DNA of 56,702 nucleotides from a virus: UHGV virus genome UHGV-0213557; one strand, 5' to 3'. Shown piece by piece: positions 47,552 to 56,702 of this stretch (position 1 is its first letter; each line of letters starts with the position of its first letter). The notes under the pieces were generated by a model. It saw only the letters and a program-made list of their open reading frames with translations, ran no database searches and was not told where the DNA came from. The position numbers and the translations under genes were made by a program.

Positions 47552-48169
47552 CTAAAATATTGTTATCTCTTGGTATCCAACTCCATTGCCAGTTAATACA
47601 TCAATTTCTCCATAAGTTTCTATATCTGGTGGACTCCAAGGGTATATAGTTATTTCTTGACCTATTAGGGTTGTTATACCAAAATTCATATAATTGTCTT
47701 TACTTACAAGCACTCTAGTGTAATCTAAAGTCATGTTGCAAGGTTTAATACTACTTACAAAAGAATGAACCTCCTCAAACCAATCTTGATTTCTAGCATC
47801 ACTTTCAAGATGTATATTATAAGTAGCATTATTAATAGTTAATTCATAATTGCCTTCTCCAACTATACTATCTAGCCAGTTCCTTAAAAATCTCTCTGAG
47901 TAAGGTAGTTTACTTATATATTTACTAAAAATCCTAAACCTTCTATCTTCTAAACTCTCATTACTTTTAGGAGTTATAGACATTATCTTTTCCCATCTTT
48001 TTATACCACTTGGAGTTAAATCCTCTAAAAACTGGTCACTTGATAGGTCATTTAATTTTTCATGTAGTGTTTTTATTTCTTTGTTTTCTACATTAAATAC
48101 TTTTATATATTCTTCTTTATCTTGTAGAATTTGTGGTAAGTAATTTATTAGATTAATCTCTTTATCCAA
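47552..48169 (-). CDS. XkdU-like baseplate protein
   Basis: Synteny with PBSX xkdT-xkdU. Confidence 0.4.
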   Translation of the reverse strand: MDKEINLINYLPQILQDKEEYIKVFNVENKEIKTLHEKLNDLSSDQFLEDLTPSGIKRWEKIMSITPKSNESLEDRRFRIFSKYISKLPYSERFLRNWLDSIVGEGNYELTINNATYNIHLESDARNQDWFEEVHSFVSSIKPCNMTLDYTRVLVSKDNYMNFGITTLIGQEITIYPWSPPDIETYGEIDVLTGNGVGYQEITIF

Positions 48170-49211
48170 CTACCTCACCTCTCACTACTATACTGTTACT
48201 ATCTATTGTTAGATTAGATTTAACATCATTTATCATTGTGTTTGTAATATCTAACACTCCATCTATACTAAGTAATCTAGTTTCAATTTGAGATATACGG
48301 ACTATTAAGTTTTCTTCATCTTCCCAACTCATGTTAAGTTCATTTAAATAGTCGTCTATTGCTTCTTCTGCAATTGATTTTATATTCTCCCAAGTGTAGC
48401 CATTTTTGTATGTTATCTCTGCTGATATATTTATAGTTGTACTTACAACACCTGTAACAGTAACTTTATGCCCTATTGGTGCTAATCCTAAGCCTTGTCC
48501 TTGATGTCCAATTGGGTCAATTTCTTCTTGCACTAAATTAACTAAATCCTCTGATGGTACTTTGAAATTAGAGTTAATTATTACTAACTTAACAGTTCCT
48601 CCACCGTCCCACACAGGATAAACCTTAACTCCTCCAACATCTTGTATTTTGTTAACTTCATCTTTATAGTTTTGTATATTCCCACCAAAGCTCTGTGAAT
48701 TTAGGCTATCATAATATCTTTGTCTTAAACTATCTTCTGACTCTTCATCCTCTCCATTTATCAAGATTTCAGTTAGTTCAGCAGTTTCAAGACCATCTAT
48801 ATATTCAATAGGTATTAGTTTTCCTAACTCAAATATAGGTCCAGCAGTTTCACATTTCATTTTATATGTTTTTTCAGATATTCTCTCAATTGCAATATAA
48901 TTGTATTCTCCTAGATTAAACCTAGAATCAAGTGGAATATCTATGTTAAAAACTCCTTTAGCAATTGTATTAGTGGCTGGTAAAGGTGTAATTCCTCGCT
49001 CTTTACATCTCTTCTCTAAATAGTAATAACTAGCAGTATCTACGAATGTTTGGTCTAGTAATTCATCCATAGCAATATATGTTTCTGTAAGCTCCACTGC
49101 AACTGGTGCCAAGGCATTGTATATTATAGAACCTTCTCTCTTATCAAGTGTGTTAGGTACACTATCTAACATTCTTTTAATTATATTTTCAAATGTCATT
49201 AACTCAAACAA
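48162..49211 (-). CDS. Baseplate J-like protein (XkdT-like)
   Basis: 349 aa; synteny. Confidence 0.7.
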   Translation of the reverse strand: MFELMTFENIIKRMLDSVPNTLDKREGSIIYNALAPVAVELTETYIAMDELLDQTFVDTASYYYLEKRCKERGITPLPATNTIAKGVFNIDIPLDSRFNLGEYNYIAIERISEKTYKMKCETAGPIFELGKLIPIEYIDGLETAELTEILINGEDEESEDSLRQRYYDSLNSQSFGGNIQNYKDEVNKIQDVGGVKVYPVWDGGGTVKLVIINSNFKVPSEDLVNLVQEEIDPIGHQGQGLGLAPIGHKVTVTGVVSTTINISAEITYKNGYTWENIKSIAEEAIDDYLNELNMSWEDEENLIVRISQIETRLLSIDGVLDITNTMINDVKSNLTIDSNSIVVRGEVVG

Positions 49212-49631
49212 TTATACACTCACCACCTTCTCTGCTTTTATATTTCCATATTTTGTATGAACTGAAAATTTACATTGTACTTTACCCTTTATATTTTCAA
49301 ACTCAAAATTATCTACATTTTCAACCCTATCATCTTGAATTAGTGCTTCTTTGATTCTTCTCTCTAACTCTGGTATTACAAAGGATATAGGCTCTCCAAT
49401 AAGGTCGTTCAACTCGACTCCATAATTCCAACTATATATTAGATGTTGGTATCTCTCTGTGTTTAAAATCAAAAAGATGGTCTGTTTTAATGCTTCTACA
49501 TCATCACAAATACCATCAATCTTAGACTTTTCTATATGAAGTTTAAATGTCTTACTTGGCTCTTGTCTTACATCAAAATTAATTATTGATACATCTTCAA
49601 TATCATAATCTAAATTATCACTTGGTAACAC
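49212..49631 (-). CDS. XkdS-like baseplate protein
   Basis: Synteny. Confidence 0.4.
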   Translation of the reverse strand: MLPSDNLDYDIEDVSIINFDVRQEPSKTFKLHIEKSKIDGICDDVEALKQTIFLILNTERYQHLIYSWNYGVELNDLIGEPISFVIPELERRIKEALIQDDRVENVDNFEFENIKGKVQCKFSVHTKYGNIKAEKVVSV

Positions 49632-49635
49632 TTTA

Positions 49636-49896
49636 TCACATCCTATCTAAAATCAAGTATTGTTGCCCTCCTTGCATACGAATTAAGACTAATTTATCTC
49701 CTATTTTTTTATCTGTATATCTTTTAAATGTATCTGTTTGTATTAGAAAAATTTCACCAATAGATAGTTTTTGTTCTATCTTAACTCTTAGAGGACTAAT
49801 ACTTTCTATTGTTCCAAATACAACCCTCATTGGGTTGCTTGTTTCTACTGCATCCATTGCAGCTTTTTTTATTATCTGTAATAAATCTTGGCTCAT
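49636..49896 (-). CDS. XkdR-like small tail protein
   Basis: Synteny. Confidence 0.4.
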   Translation of the reverse strand: MSQDLLQIIKKAAMDAVETSNPMRVVFGTIESISPLRVKIEQKLSIGEIFLIQTDTFKRYTDKKIGDKLVLIRMQGGQQYLILDRM

Positions 49897-49909
49897 ATTG
49901 CCACCTCAC

Positions 49910-51802
49910 TTATATAAATCTTCTCACATGTGTGTATGCTTTTCCTTTTCTATAAGAATTAACAGACTCTATTTTTACCACATCTCCTGTTTGTGGTGAA
50001 TGAATTATTTGATTGTTTCCAATATACATTACAACATGATTACTACTTCCTCCTCCAATTCTACATAATAAGTCTCCTGCTTTCCACTTGCTTCTATCTT
50101 TTAAATCTACTGCTTTTCCTGCTTTACTTTGTGCAGAAGCAGTACGAGGAATTTTTATACCTATTTGTTTATAACACCATTGAGTAAACCCACTGCAATC
50201 AAAATTATTAGGACCTTCTGCTCCATACACATAATTACAACCCAGTTTACTTTTTGCTATACTAATTAATTTATCTTCTTTAGAGTTATTATTTGTACTA
50301 CTTTGGTTATTACCTTCAACTTGATATGTTTGTTCTTCATCTCCACCTATAATTATATAGCCATTCTTTCTACCAAATTTTTTACATTCACTAGCATTAG
50401 CTAATAGTACATCTATATGATATGTTCCGTTTGTTTCAACATATATTCTTCCTCCATTATCTTTAACTGTATATACTTTGTTGTCATAGGCAGTACCAGG
50501 AAGTATAATTTTTACTTTATCTCCATATTCAAAAACTGGATGTTTCTTTAGAAAATCATCAGTATACCAAGTTTTCTTAACTCCTTCTCGATTCATTGGA
50601 CCAGCAACAGTTCTTGATTTTACATCAAGTGGCTTTCCATTGCAATCTGTTTTTCCGCCTTCCATTGCATTGTTCCCTGGATAATATGCAGTAAATATAG
50701 CAGGAACTTTTTTACCTGTATTTTTTTTCGTAATACTTTGTGCAGGACCATTTTTCTTTTCATCCTTATTGTTAGTATTTCCACTTGAATATGAGCTTGA
50801 AGAATAAGAAGCAAATTCATCTCCATCAACAAGAGTCAAATCCATAAAATGACTGTTATTTTCAAAAGTATGTTTTACTTTCTCAACTAGCATATAATTT
50901 TGAAGTTTAATATCTCCTAGATTTAAAAAAACAGGTACTAAACAACCTGCTCTCACTCTAATATCTCCAAGTACATTTTTTAAACTTAATGACTTAGTTT
51001 TCTTATTATATAGTTTTAGAAGTATATCACACTTTTGTTTTATCTCTGCTTCACTCATGTTTTTGTCTACTGTATCAAACATTTGAAGTATTCCCCAACT
51101 CCTCATATGCGTTGAGTCTTGAGCAATATACACATCTCTTTTTCCTGTTTCTTCATTATCTCTCACAAGTTTAATCTTTGTGTAAGTATCACTATCTATT
51201 GATGAATTATAGTCAAAGTCTTCTATTACATCATTGTTCATAACAGTATCTAATTTCATTGATGCAACATTCTTTAATGTTATTCTTCCAAAATCATCAT
51301 ATAACACATACATTTCTTTTTTCTCTCTTAGAGTATCATCTAGTGCAGTTAAGACCATATCAAAGAGTGTTTTATTTTCTTCAACTCTCGATATTTTATA
51401 TTTTGTATCTTCTATGACATTGTATTTTAAATTAAAATCTTTAGCCAACATCTTTACAAGTTCACTTGCTGTTTTATTACTATATACATAAGTATCTTTA
51501 TTTTTAAAATATCTCAACTGGTCATAAGCAACTATTTTAATGTGATTTTCTTTATCTCTTTTCTTCTGAAATATATATCCATAAAATATGCCAATTCCCT
51601 TATAATATATCCTTACAGAATTACCTTCGCAAAACTCTAATATATCATCCATTGCTATAGTAAACTCTAACTTTGAAGGTGAACCTCTTCTTTCTATCTC
51701 CCATGTGATACCATCAATGACAGCAGGTTCGTAGAAATCTTCCCAATGTGCAATAACTAGCCTTATATCTCTATCATTCGCCAGAACTAAATCATCAGAC
51801 AA
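49910..51802 (-). CDS. XkdQ-like tail protein fused to a C-terminal NlpC/P60 endopeptidase (virion-associated lysin)
   Basis: C-terminus ..LGCNYVYGAEGPNNFDCSGFTQWCYKQIGIKIPRTASAQ..HVVMYIG.. (Cys/His NlpC/P60 motifs). Confidence 0.65.
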   Translation of the reverse strand: MSDDLVLANDRDIRLVIAHWEDFYEPAVIDGITWEIERRGSPSKLEFTIAMDDILEFCEGNSVRIYYKGIGIFYGYIFQKKRDKENHIKIVAYDQLRYFKNKDTYVYSNKTASELVKMLAKDFNLKYNVIEDTKYKISRVEENKTLFDMVLTALDDTLREKKEMYVLYDDFGRITLKNVASMKLDTVMNNDVIEDFDYNSSIDSDTYTKIKLVRDNEETGKRDVYIAQDSTHMRSWGILQMFDTVDKNMSEAEIKQKCDILLKLYNKKTKSLSLKNVLGDIRVRAGCLVPVFLNLGDIKLQNYMLVEKVKHTFENNSHFMDLTLVDGDEFASYSSSSYSSGNTNNKDEKKNGPAQSITKKNTGKKVPAIFTAYYPGNNAMEGGKTDCNGKPLDVKSRTVAGPMNREGVKKTWYTDDFLKKHPVFEYGDKVKIILPGTAYDNKVYTVKDNGGRIYVETNGTYHIDVLLANASECKKFGRKNGYIIIGGDEEQTYQVEGNNQSSTNNNSKEDKLISIAKSKLGCNYVYGAEGPNNFDCSGFTQWCYKQIGIKIPRTASAQSKAGKAVDLKDRSKWKAGDLLCRIGGGSSNHVVMYIGNNQIIHSPQTGDVVKIESVNSYRKGKAYTHVRRFI

Positions 51803-52484
51803 GCCTCAACACCTGCCCTTTATAGATGGTATATTTAGGTACTTTTTTACCCTTGTTAGCTTTATCCATCATTGTTTTATTTAACTCATATACTTTCTTG
51901 TATAACGAACCATTACCAAGTTGCTTCTGACAAATTGACCAAAGGCTATCCCCTGCTTTTACTGTATATGTTTTAGTGTTTGTGGCATTGACTGAATCAA
52001 CTCGTTTTGGCTCTATCTTTACATTAGGTCTACCAGTCTCATTTTTAGGAGGGGCAAGAACTAACTTTTTAGTTGAGTAATCTCTATATTGCTTTAACTT
52101 TATTGCAACTTTTGTATCTGAACCATTTTCTGCATCTTCTGAAATAGCATACTCTTCAAGAGATACTTTTATATTAGTGTTAAATAGTACTTTATTACCT
52201 AATTCCCTCGATACAATAAATTGAAATGGCTTACAATCAGTTTTTAATAGTTCCAGTTTACTTAAAAAGAATTGAACATCCCTAAAAGCTCCACGATAGA
52301 ATGGCAACTTATTATGTGTAAATTCTGCTTCAAAACTTATTTCAGATAATCCTTCTTTTTTTAGTATGTTTACTTCTCCAGTATTTATCAAATCAACTAT
52401 CTTGTTTTTATTTGTAACTTTAATCTCTAACTTTGGCGGAGGTATTGGTAATTGTACTCCATCTAAATAAAAGTCATAAGCCAT
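51795..52484 (-). CDS. XkdP-like LysM-domain tail protein
   Basis: C-terminal ..YTVKAGDSLWSICQKQLGNGSLYKKVYELN.. (LysM). Confidence 0.55.
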   Translation of the reverse strand: MAYDFYLDGVQLPIPPPKLEIKVTNKNKIVDLINTGEVNILKKEGLSEISFEAEFTHNKLPFYRGAFRDVQFFLSKLELLKTDCKPFQFIVSRELGNKVLFNTNIKVSLEEYAISEDAENGSDTKVAIKLKQYRDYSTKKLVLAPPKNETGRPNVKIEPKRVDSVNATNTKTYTVKAGDSLWSICQKQLGNGSLYKKVYELNKTMMDKANKGKKVPKYTIYKGQVLRLV

Positions 52485-52499
52485 TTATATCCCTCCTTT

Positions 52500-54893
52500 C
52501 TAAACTATTCCTTCTGCTGATACAATCATAGCATCATTCAGTTTTTCTGTTAAAACATTTACTATACCATCCACATCCGTGTCTTTACTTATATTGTTAG
52601 TATTGTTCATATCAATTTTTATGTTTACTCCTGTGAATCTGTTTATTGTTTCTTGTTCTGCAATGTCTCTTAAGTATTTAAGGTCTTCTTGACTTTTATC
52701 CATTGTTTTAGCCATTTTGGCTGTGTTTCCTGCTGTGTCTTTTACATTTTTTCCTAAATCTCCACCAAATCCACCAAGGTTGTTTAAAGGATTTTGTTTA
52801 TTCCACAAATCGTCTAATCCTAATTTTTTCTTTGCATCTTCTAGCATCTTATTAATGTCAAAAGTATCTTTAAATTTATCAGTTATAGCATTTTGCCATT
52901 TAGTTCCAAGTGCATTTCCTTTTTGAAATTCTGCTCCAATATCTTTATATCCCATTCTATCCAATTTTATTTTTTCTGGTGCATCTCCTACCCATTTATT
53001 TAAACTGTCAATCTGTTGTTTGATGTAACTATTATCTGCCTTGACAGGCGTAAATGTTGCTTCTCCAACTTTACCAATATTTATCCCTGGTATTTTATTT
53101 ATTAGGTCAATTAATTTGTTTACACCTCGTATTGCGATATTTGCCCCATCTATGAAAGCTTTCCCAAGTGCATTTCCAGCATTATTTACAGCATCATTTA
53201 ATGATGCCATTTTCTCAATTATAAAGATTACACCTTTTGCAATAGCTTGTTTCATTAGATATACACATTGATTCCATCCATTTGCAATCCCTTCATTTAC
53301 ATCTACGCATCTATTAAATAGCCATATCATTATGTTTTGTATAAATGCTACTGCTGCAAATACTGCACCTACAATTGCTCCTAGTACAGTCAGACTTGTT
53401 CCTGAGAATTTGTTTACTGCTGCTACTGCAACAAAAACTACTACTACAAATGCTATAATACCTGCTATTATCCAAAAAATTGGACAGGATAATAATGCTG
53501 CATTAAAACCCCATTGTGCTGCTGTTGCTTGTGCTGTTACCAAAGCTTCCATCGTTTGTGCAGATATTTTTCCAAATATCGCAAATTCTTGTGCTGCTAA
53601 AGCTGCACAAGATTTATACGCTGCTACTGCATACAATGAATTTACAAAAGATGCTACCGTAGTGGCAATTGTACTTGCAAGTAATACTCCTTTATATATC
53701 GCAATTGCTGCTATCACTCCATAAATAATAGGAGCAATAATCGACCAATTTTGAGCAAAGACATTAGCAACATTTAGTGTTGCATTAGTAACCCATCCCA
53801 GTCCATTGATAATTAGTATAGCTCCTAATGTAACATTGCTAACAAAATCTGAAAAAAAATCACTATTTAATATATTTTTTATAATATTTAATGTATCATA
53901 AATGTTTGAAGATATTGCAATCATAACATTCCGGATAGATACAACAATCTCACTAAAACGTACACTTTGCAAAGCTCCACTTATCTTACTGAGAGTCTCA
54001 GAAAATATCATATAAGCATCATTTTTCATCATTGTGAGAGCTTGAGAAAAAGTGATTGCCATACTTGCAAATTTCTTTTCTATCTCATCAGAAGCTTTAA
54101 ACAGTGCATTTCTTATAACATCTGCTGTTATTGCTCCGCTACTTGATAATTCCTTCAATTGGTCTTTAGTTTTTCCCATTGCATCAGCTATTTTAGTGGC
54201 TAATAAAGGTGCATTTTCCATTATGGAACGGAACTCATCACCTTGAAGTTTTCCTGCACCCATGGCTTGTGTTAATTGATACATTGCTGCACTAGCTTCA
54301 TTTGCTGATGTTCCTCCAATTACAAAAGCTTTATTCATAAGTTCTGTAAACTTTATCACCTCTGCTGAACTTCCAAAAGCATCTCCTGCAAGTATTCCAA
54401 GTTTAGCAATCTGTGCTGCTGTATCTGCATAACTAGCTCTTGCACTTTGGGCTGACAAATAAATCATTTTATTAAGCTGGTCTGTTGTCTGTAAGCCATC
54501 ATTCATTAGATTTAAACGTGCTTTTGTACTTGCAATTGTATCTGCTACTTTTGTAATACTATCTATTCCTTTTATTCCAATGTATATCCCAGCAATACTT
54601 TTTAATTTAGACACTAATAGAGAACCTGCTTCACTACCTTGTCTTATTTTATTATTAAAGTTTTCCTGTTCATTTGTATTTCTTCCAATTTTCTGTTCTA
54701 TCCTTGTGAGAATACTTTCTATGTTATTCAAACTTTGTTGAGAAGCTTGTATATTACCTGCATTGAGTGGATTATTCAATCTGCCTTGCAATCTCTCTAA
54801 ACTATTAATTGTTGTATTAATAGAATTAGTCATATTACGAAATGCTGGTGTCATTCCGTCGAAAATCTTTATTGAAGTTTGTATTGTAGCCAT
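52500..54893 (-). CDS. Tail tape measure protein
   Basis: 797 aa, helical N-terminus, hydrophobic Ala/Ile-rich central segment. Confidence 0.8.
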   Translation of the reverse strand: MATIQTSIKIFDGMTPAFRNMTNSINTTINSLERLQGRLNNPLNAGNIQASQQSLNNIESILTRIEQKIGRNTNEQENFNNKIRQGSEAGSLLVSKLKSIAGIYIGIKGIDSITKVADTIASTKARLNLMNDGLQTTDQLNKMIYLSAQSARASYADTAAQIAKLGILAGDAFGSSAEVIKFTELMNKAFVIGGTSANEASAAMYQLTQAMGAGKLQGDEFRSIMENAPLLATKIADAMGKTKDQLKELSSSGAITADVIRNALFKASDEIEKKFASMAITFSQALTMMKNDAYMIFSETLSKISGALQSVRFSEIVVSIRNVMIAISSNIYDTLNIIKNILNSDFFSDFVSNVTLGAILIINGLGWVTNATLNVANVFAQNWSIIAPIIYGVIAAIAIYKGVLLASTIATTVASFVNSLYAVAAYKSCAALAAQEFAIFGKISAQTMEALVTAQATAAQWGFNAALLSCPIFWIIAGIIAFVVVVFVAVAAVNKFSGTSLTVLGAIVGAVFAAVAFIQNIMIWLFNRCVDVNEGIANGWNQCVYLMKQAIAKGVIFIIEKMASLNDAVNNAGNALGKAFIDGANIAIRGVNKLIDLINKIPGINIGKVGEATFTPVKADNSYIKQQIDSLNKWVGDAPEKIKLDRMGYKDIGAEFQKGNALGTKWQNAITDKFKDTFDINKMLEDAKKKLGLDDLWNKQNPLNNLGGFGGDLGKNVKDTAGNTAKMAKTMDKSQEDLKYLRDIAEQETINRFTGVNIKIDMNNTNNISKDTDVDGIVNVLTEKLNDAMIVSAEGIV

Positions 54894-54957
54894 TTCCTCA
54901 CTCTCCTTTCATAAATTTCCATATAAAAAAACACCTACATTAGTAAGTGTTTATTAT

Positions 54958-55482
54958 TTATGCCCAAAACTGTTTACCACAGCTCAAACATGTAACTCTA
55001 ACTTTCTTTGCTCCTAAATTTCCAGCTACTAAACCAATGCCTCCTGCTATAGTAGCCCCTGCTACAGCTTTTCCTATGCCAAAACCTTTCTTATGAGCAG
55101 ACAATGAAACAGAGCCACACCTAGGGCAACGAGCAACATCATCTTCAAGTACATTAGTTTGTTTATACTCATCTTCCCTCAATATCTCTTTTTCCTCTTC
55201 GATATTTATTTTTTCACTTAATTCTTTAAAAGCTGGATATATAATATTTTTACACTCTTTTATGTCCAGCCCTAGTAACTTCATTGCAATATCAATTGCT
55301 AAGATTTTATCTCCTTTAGTTTCTTTATAAATATTAGTCAGATTTAATTCTTTTCCATGAACATTTATAAATAAATCATCATTGTTAACTTTATCTGCTA
55401 ATGTAGCTGTTCCGCAATTTGAGCAAAATTTGCCTGCACCAGTTATCTCATAACCACAATTTGAACAAAACACAACAATCAC
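54958..55482 (-). CDS. Zinc-ribbon protein (two CxxC pairs at each end) with a Gly-rich hydrophobic segment
   Basis: CSNCGYEI..CSNCG and CPRCGS..CLSCGK. Confidence 0.35.
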   Translation of the reverse strand: MIVVFCSNCGYEITGAGKFCSNCGTATLADKVNNDDLFINVHGKELNLTNIYKETKGDKILAIDIAMKLLGLDIKECKNIIYPAFKELSEKINIEEEKEILREDEYKQTNVLEDDVARCPRCGSVSLSAHKKGFGIGKAVAGATIAGGIGLVAGNLGAKKVRVTCLSCGKQFWA

Positions 55483-55560
55483 CTCACATAATACTTATTT
55501 TATAGCACTATTATACTATATACGTAAAATTTTTACATTATTATCACCTCCTTTCATTAA

Positions 55561-55595
55561 AAAAACACTTACTCATTTGTAAGTGTTTTTGAATT
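55561..55595 (-). terminator. Terminator at the distal end of array 3 (aaaaacacttac tcattt gtaagtgttttt)
   Basis: Perfect hairpin plus T-run when read on the minus strand. Confidence 0.6.
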
Positions 55596-55602
55596 ATTTT
55601 TA

Positions 55603-56488
55603 ATTTTAAGTCCACATAGTTAATATAAAATTGTTTGCTCAGATGCTTTTAAATACTCAAACATTAGCCTTTACATACCACTTAGTTAATATAAACCAAA
55701 CCAATGCACAATTTGAAAAAATGCCTTTTACACTATTTACATACCACTTAGTTAATATAAAACGCGTTAATGCAGTACCATAACGATATGGGACTAACTA
55801 ATTTACATACCACATAGTTAATATAAAACAGTATTCAGAACTTGAAAAAAAAGTTGGAAATAGCACATTTACATACCACATAGTTAATATAAAACCGTAT
55901 AGGAATGAATGCAGGTAGTGCATTTTCTAGTACATTTACATACCACATAGTTAATATAAAACAAGTAGCAGGAGAAGCTAAGATAAAAGTTGAACGAAAT
56001 TTACATACCACATAGTTAATATAAAACTTGCAGATAATACTCTAAGACTTGAAGTTAAATGTGCATTTACATACCACATAGTTAATATAAAACCATTAGA
56101 AGAATATAACATAGTAGAAGATGCAGAAAAATTTACATACCACATAGTTAATATAAAACACCAGAAAAGGAAGGTGGCGATATTCTTATAACAAAATTTA
56201 CATACCACATAGTTAATATAAAACCGATATCCATTTCTCCTTTTCCAGTAATATTAAATTTATTTACATACCACATAGTTAATATAAAACCCCAATCATA
56301 CGAACCAGGAACATATGGCAAACTATAATTTACATACCACATAGTTAATATAAAACAATTAGATGCTTTTGTTAAAGAACATGCAGTTTTCAAATTTACA
56401 TACCACATAGTTAATATAAAACAATTTTAGTATTGTAATTGACGTGCTTTTTTAAAAAGATTTACATACCACATAGTTAATATAAAAC
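55603..56488 (-). CRISPR. CRISPR array 3: fourteen 29-bp repeats, 36-38-nt spacers, degenerate terminal repeat at 55603-55630; full leader at 56489-56702 running to the window end
   Basis: Repeats start ~55603, 55679, 55735, 55801, 55867, 55934, 55999, 56065, 56131, 56196, 56262, 56328, 56394, 56460. Distal repeats carry CTTAG, proximal ones CATAG. Confidence 0.92.
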
Positions 56489-56702
56489 CCCAAAATAAAT
56501 TGTGTATTTCCAAGACTTACACACATATAACTTTCTCAAATTTGCAGTGAGCGGGTAATAGTGCAATTGATAACACTTATCAAACCTTCTCAATGCCTTG
56601 TATTCCAATTGTTAAACTATACTTAAGTAGAAAAATCGAACACTGCAAAATTCCTATATTTTTATTATACCATTTTATACCAAATAAAGCACTTGAAACA
56701 AC

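Noticed and set aside
1-56702. Integrated prophage with attL/attR and host flanks
   Set aside because: No host-type genes at either end. The ends join into a CRISPR leader, and an attP-like repeat-flanked region sits next to int. Consistent with a circularly permuted phage genome record.
1-56702. cas genes accompanying the CRISPR arrays
   Set aside because: No Cas-like ORFs (Cas1/2/3/5/6/7/8b) anywhere in the window; the arrays are orphan and presumably use host I-B Cas.

Overview
AT-rich (~28% GC) window that reads as a complete, circularly permuted temperate myovirus genome of Clostridioides difficile (phiC2/phiCD119-like, by my recognition of the CRISPR repeat and the CD27L-like endolysin). 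There are no host flanking genes, and the last ~65 bp join onto the first ~25 bp to recreate a motif found intact at 1830-1875. Almost all phage genes are on the minus strand. Late genes run terminase 17372 -> capsid -> sheath/tube 5583, resume (through the window junction) at tape measure 54893 -> baseplate -> fibers -> XhlA/holin/Abi/endolysin 41075. Early genes (32297 -> 20212) include five antirepressor paralogs, XRE and ribbon-helix-helix (RHH) regulators, an ERF recombinase, SSB, a DnaD-like protein, an initiator with an embedded iteron origin, a C5 methyltransferase and an ArpU-like regulator. The plus-strand lysogeny block (32450-38541) holds a double-HTH repressor, a SIR2-domain protein, an ImmA-like peptidase, a tyrosine integrase with an attP-like repeat region, and two tandem small-gene cassettes. 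Three cas-less CRISPR arrays with the C. difficile type I-B repeat (GTTTTATATTAACTATGTGGTATGTAAAT, minus strand) and two type I toxin-antitoxin loci lie between the tail tube/chaperone genes and the tape measure gene. Candidate undescribed systems: (i) a terminator-bounded three-gene cassette with a Mrr-like PD-(D/E)xK nuclease (17430-19723); (ii) the double-HTH/SIR2/ImmA locus (32450-35395); (iii) two tandem cassettes of small peptide + 2-TM protein + AbrB-like protein (37160-38545); (iv) an Abi_2 (AbiD/F) gene that is one continuous frame with two in-frame TAA codons, sitting between holin and endolysin. Coordinates I derived by hand counting may be off by 1-2 nt.
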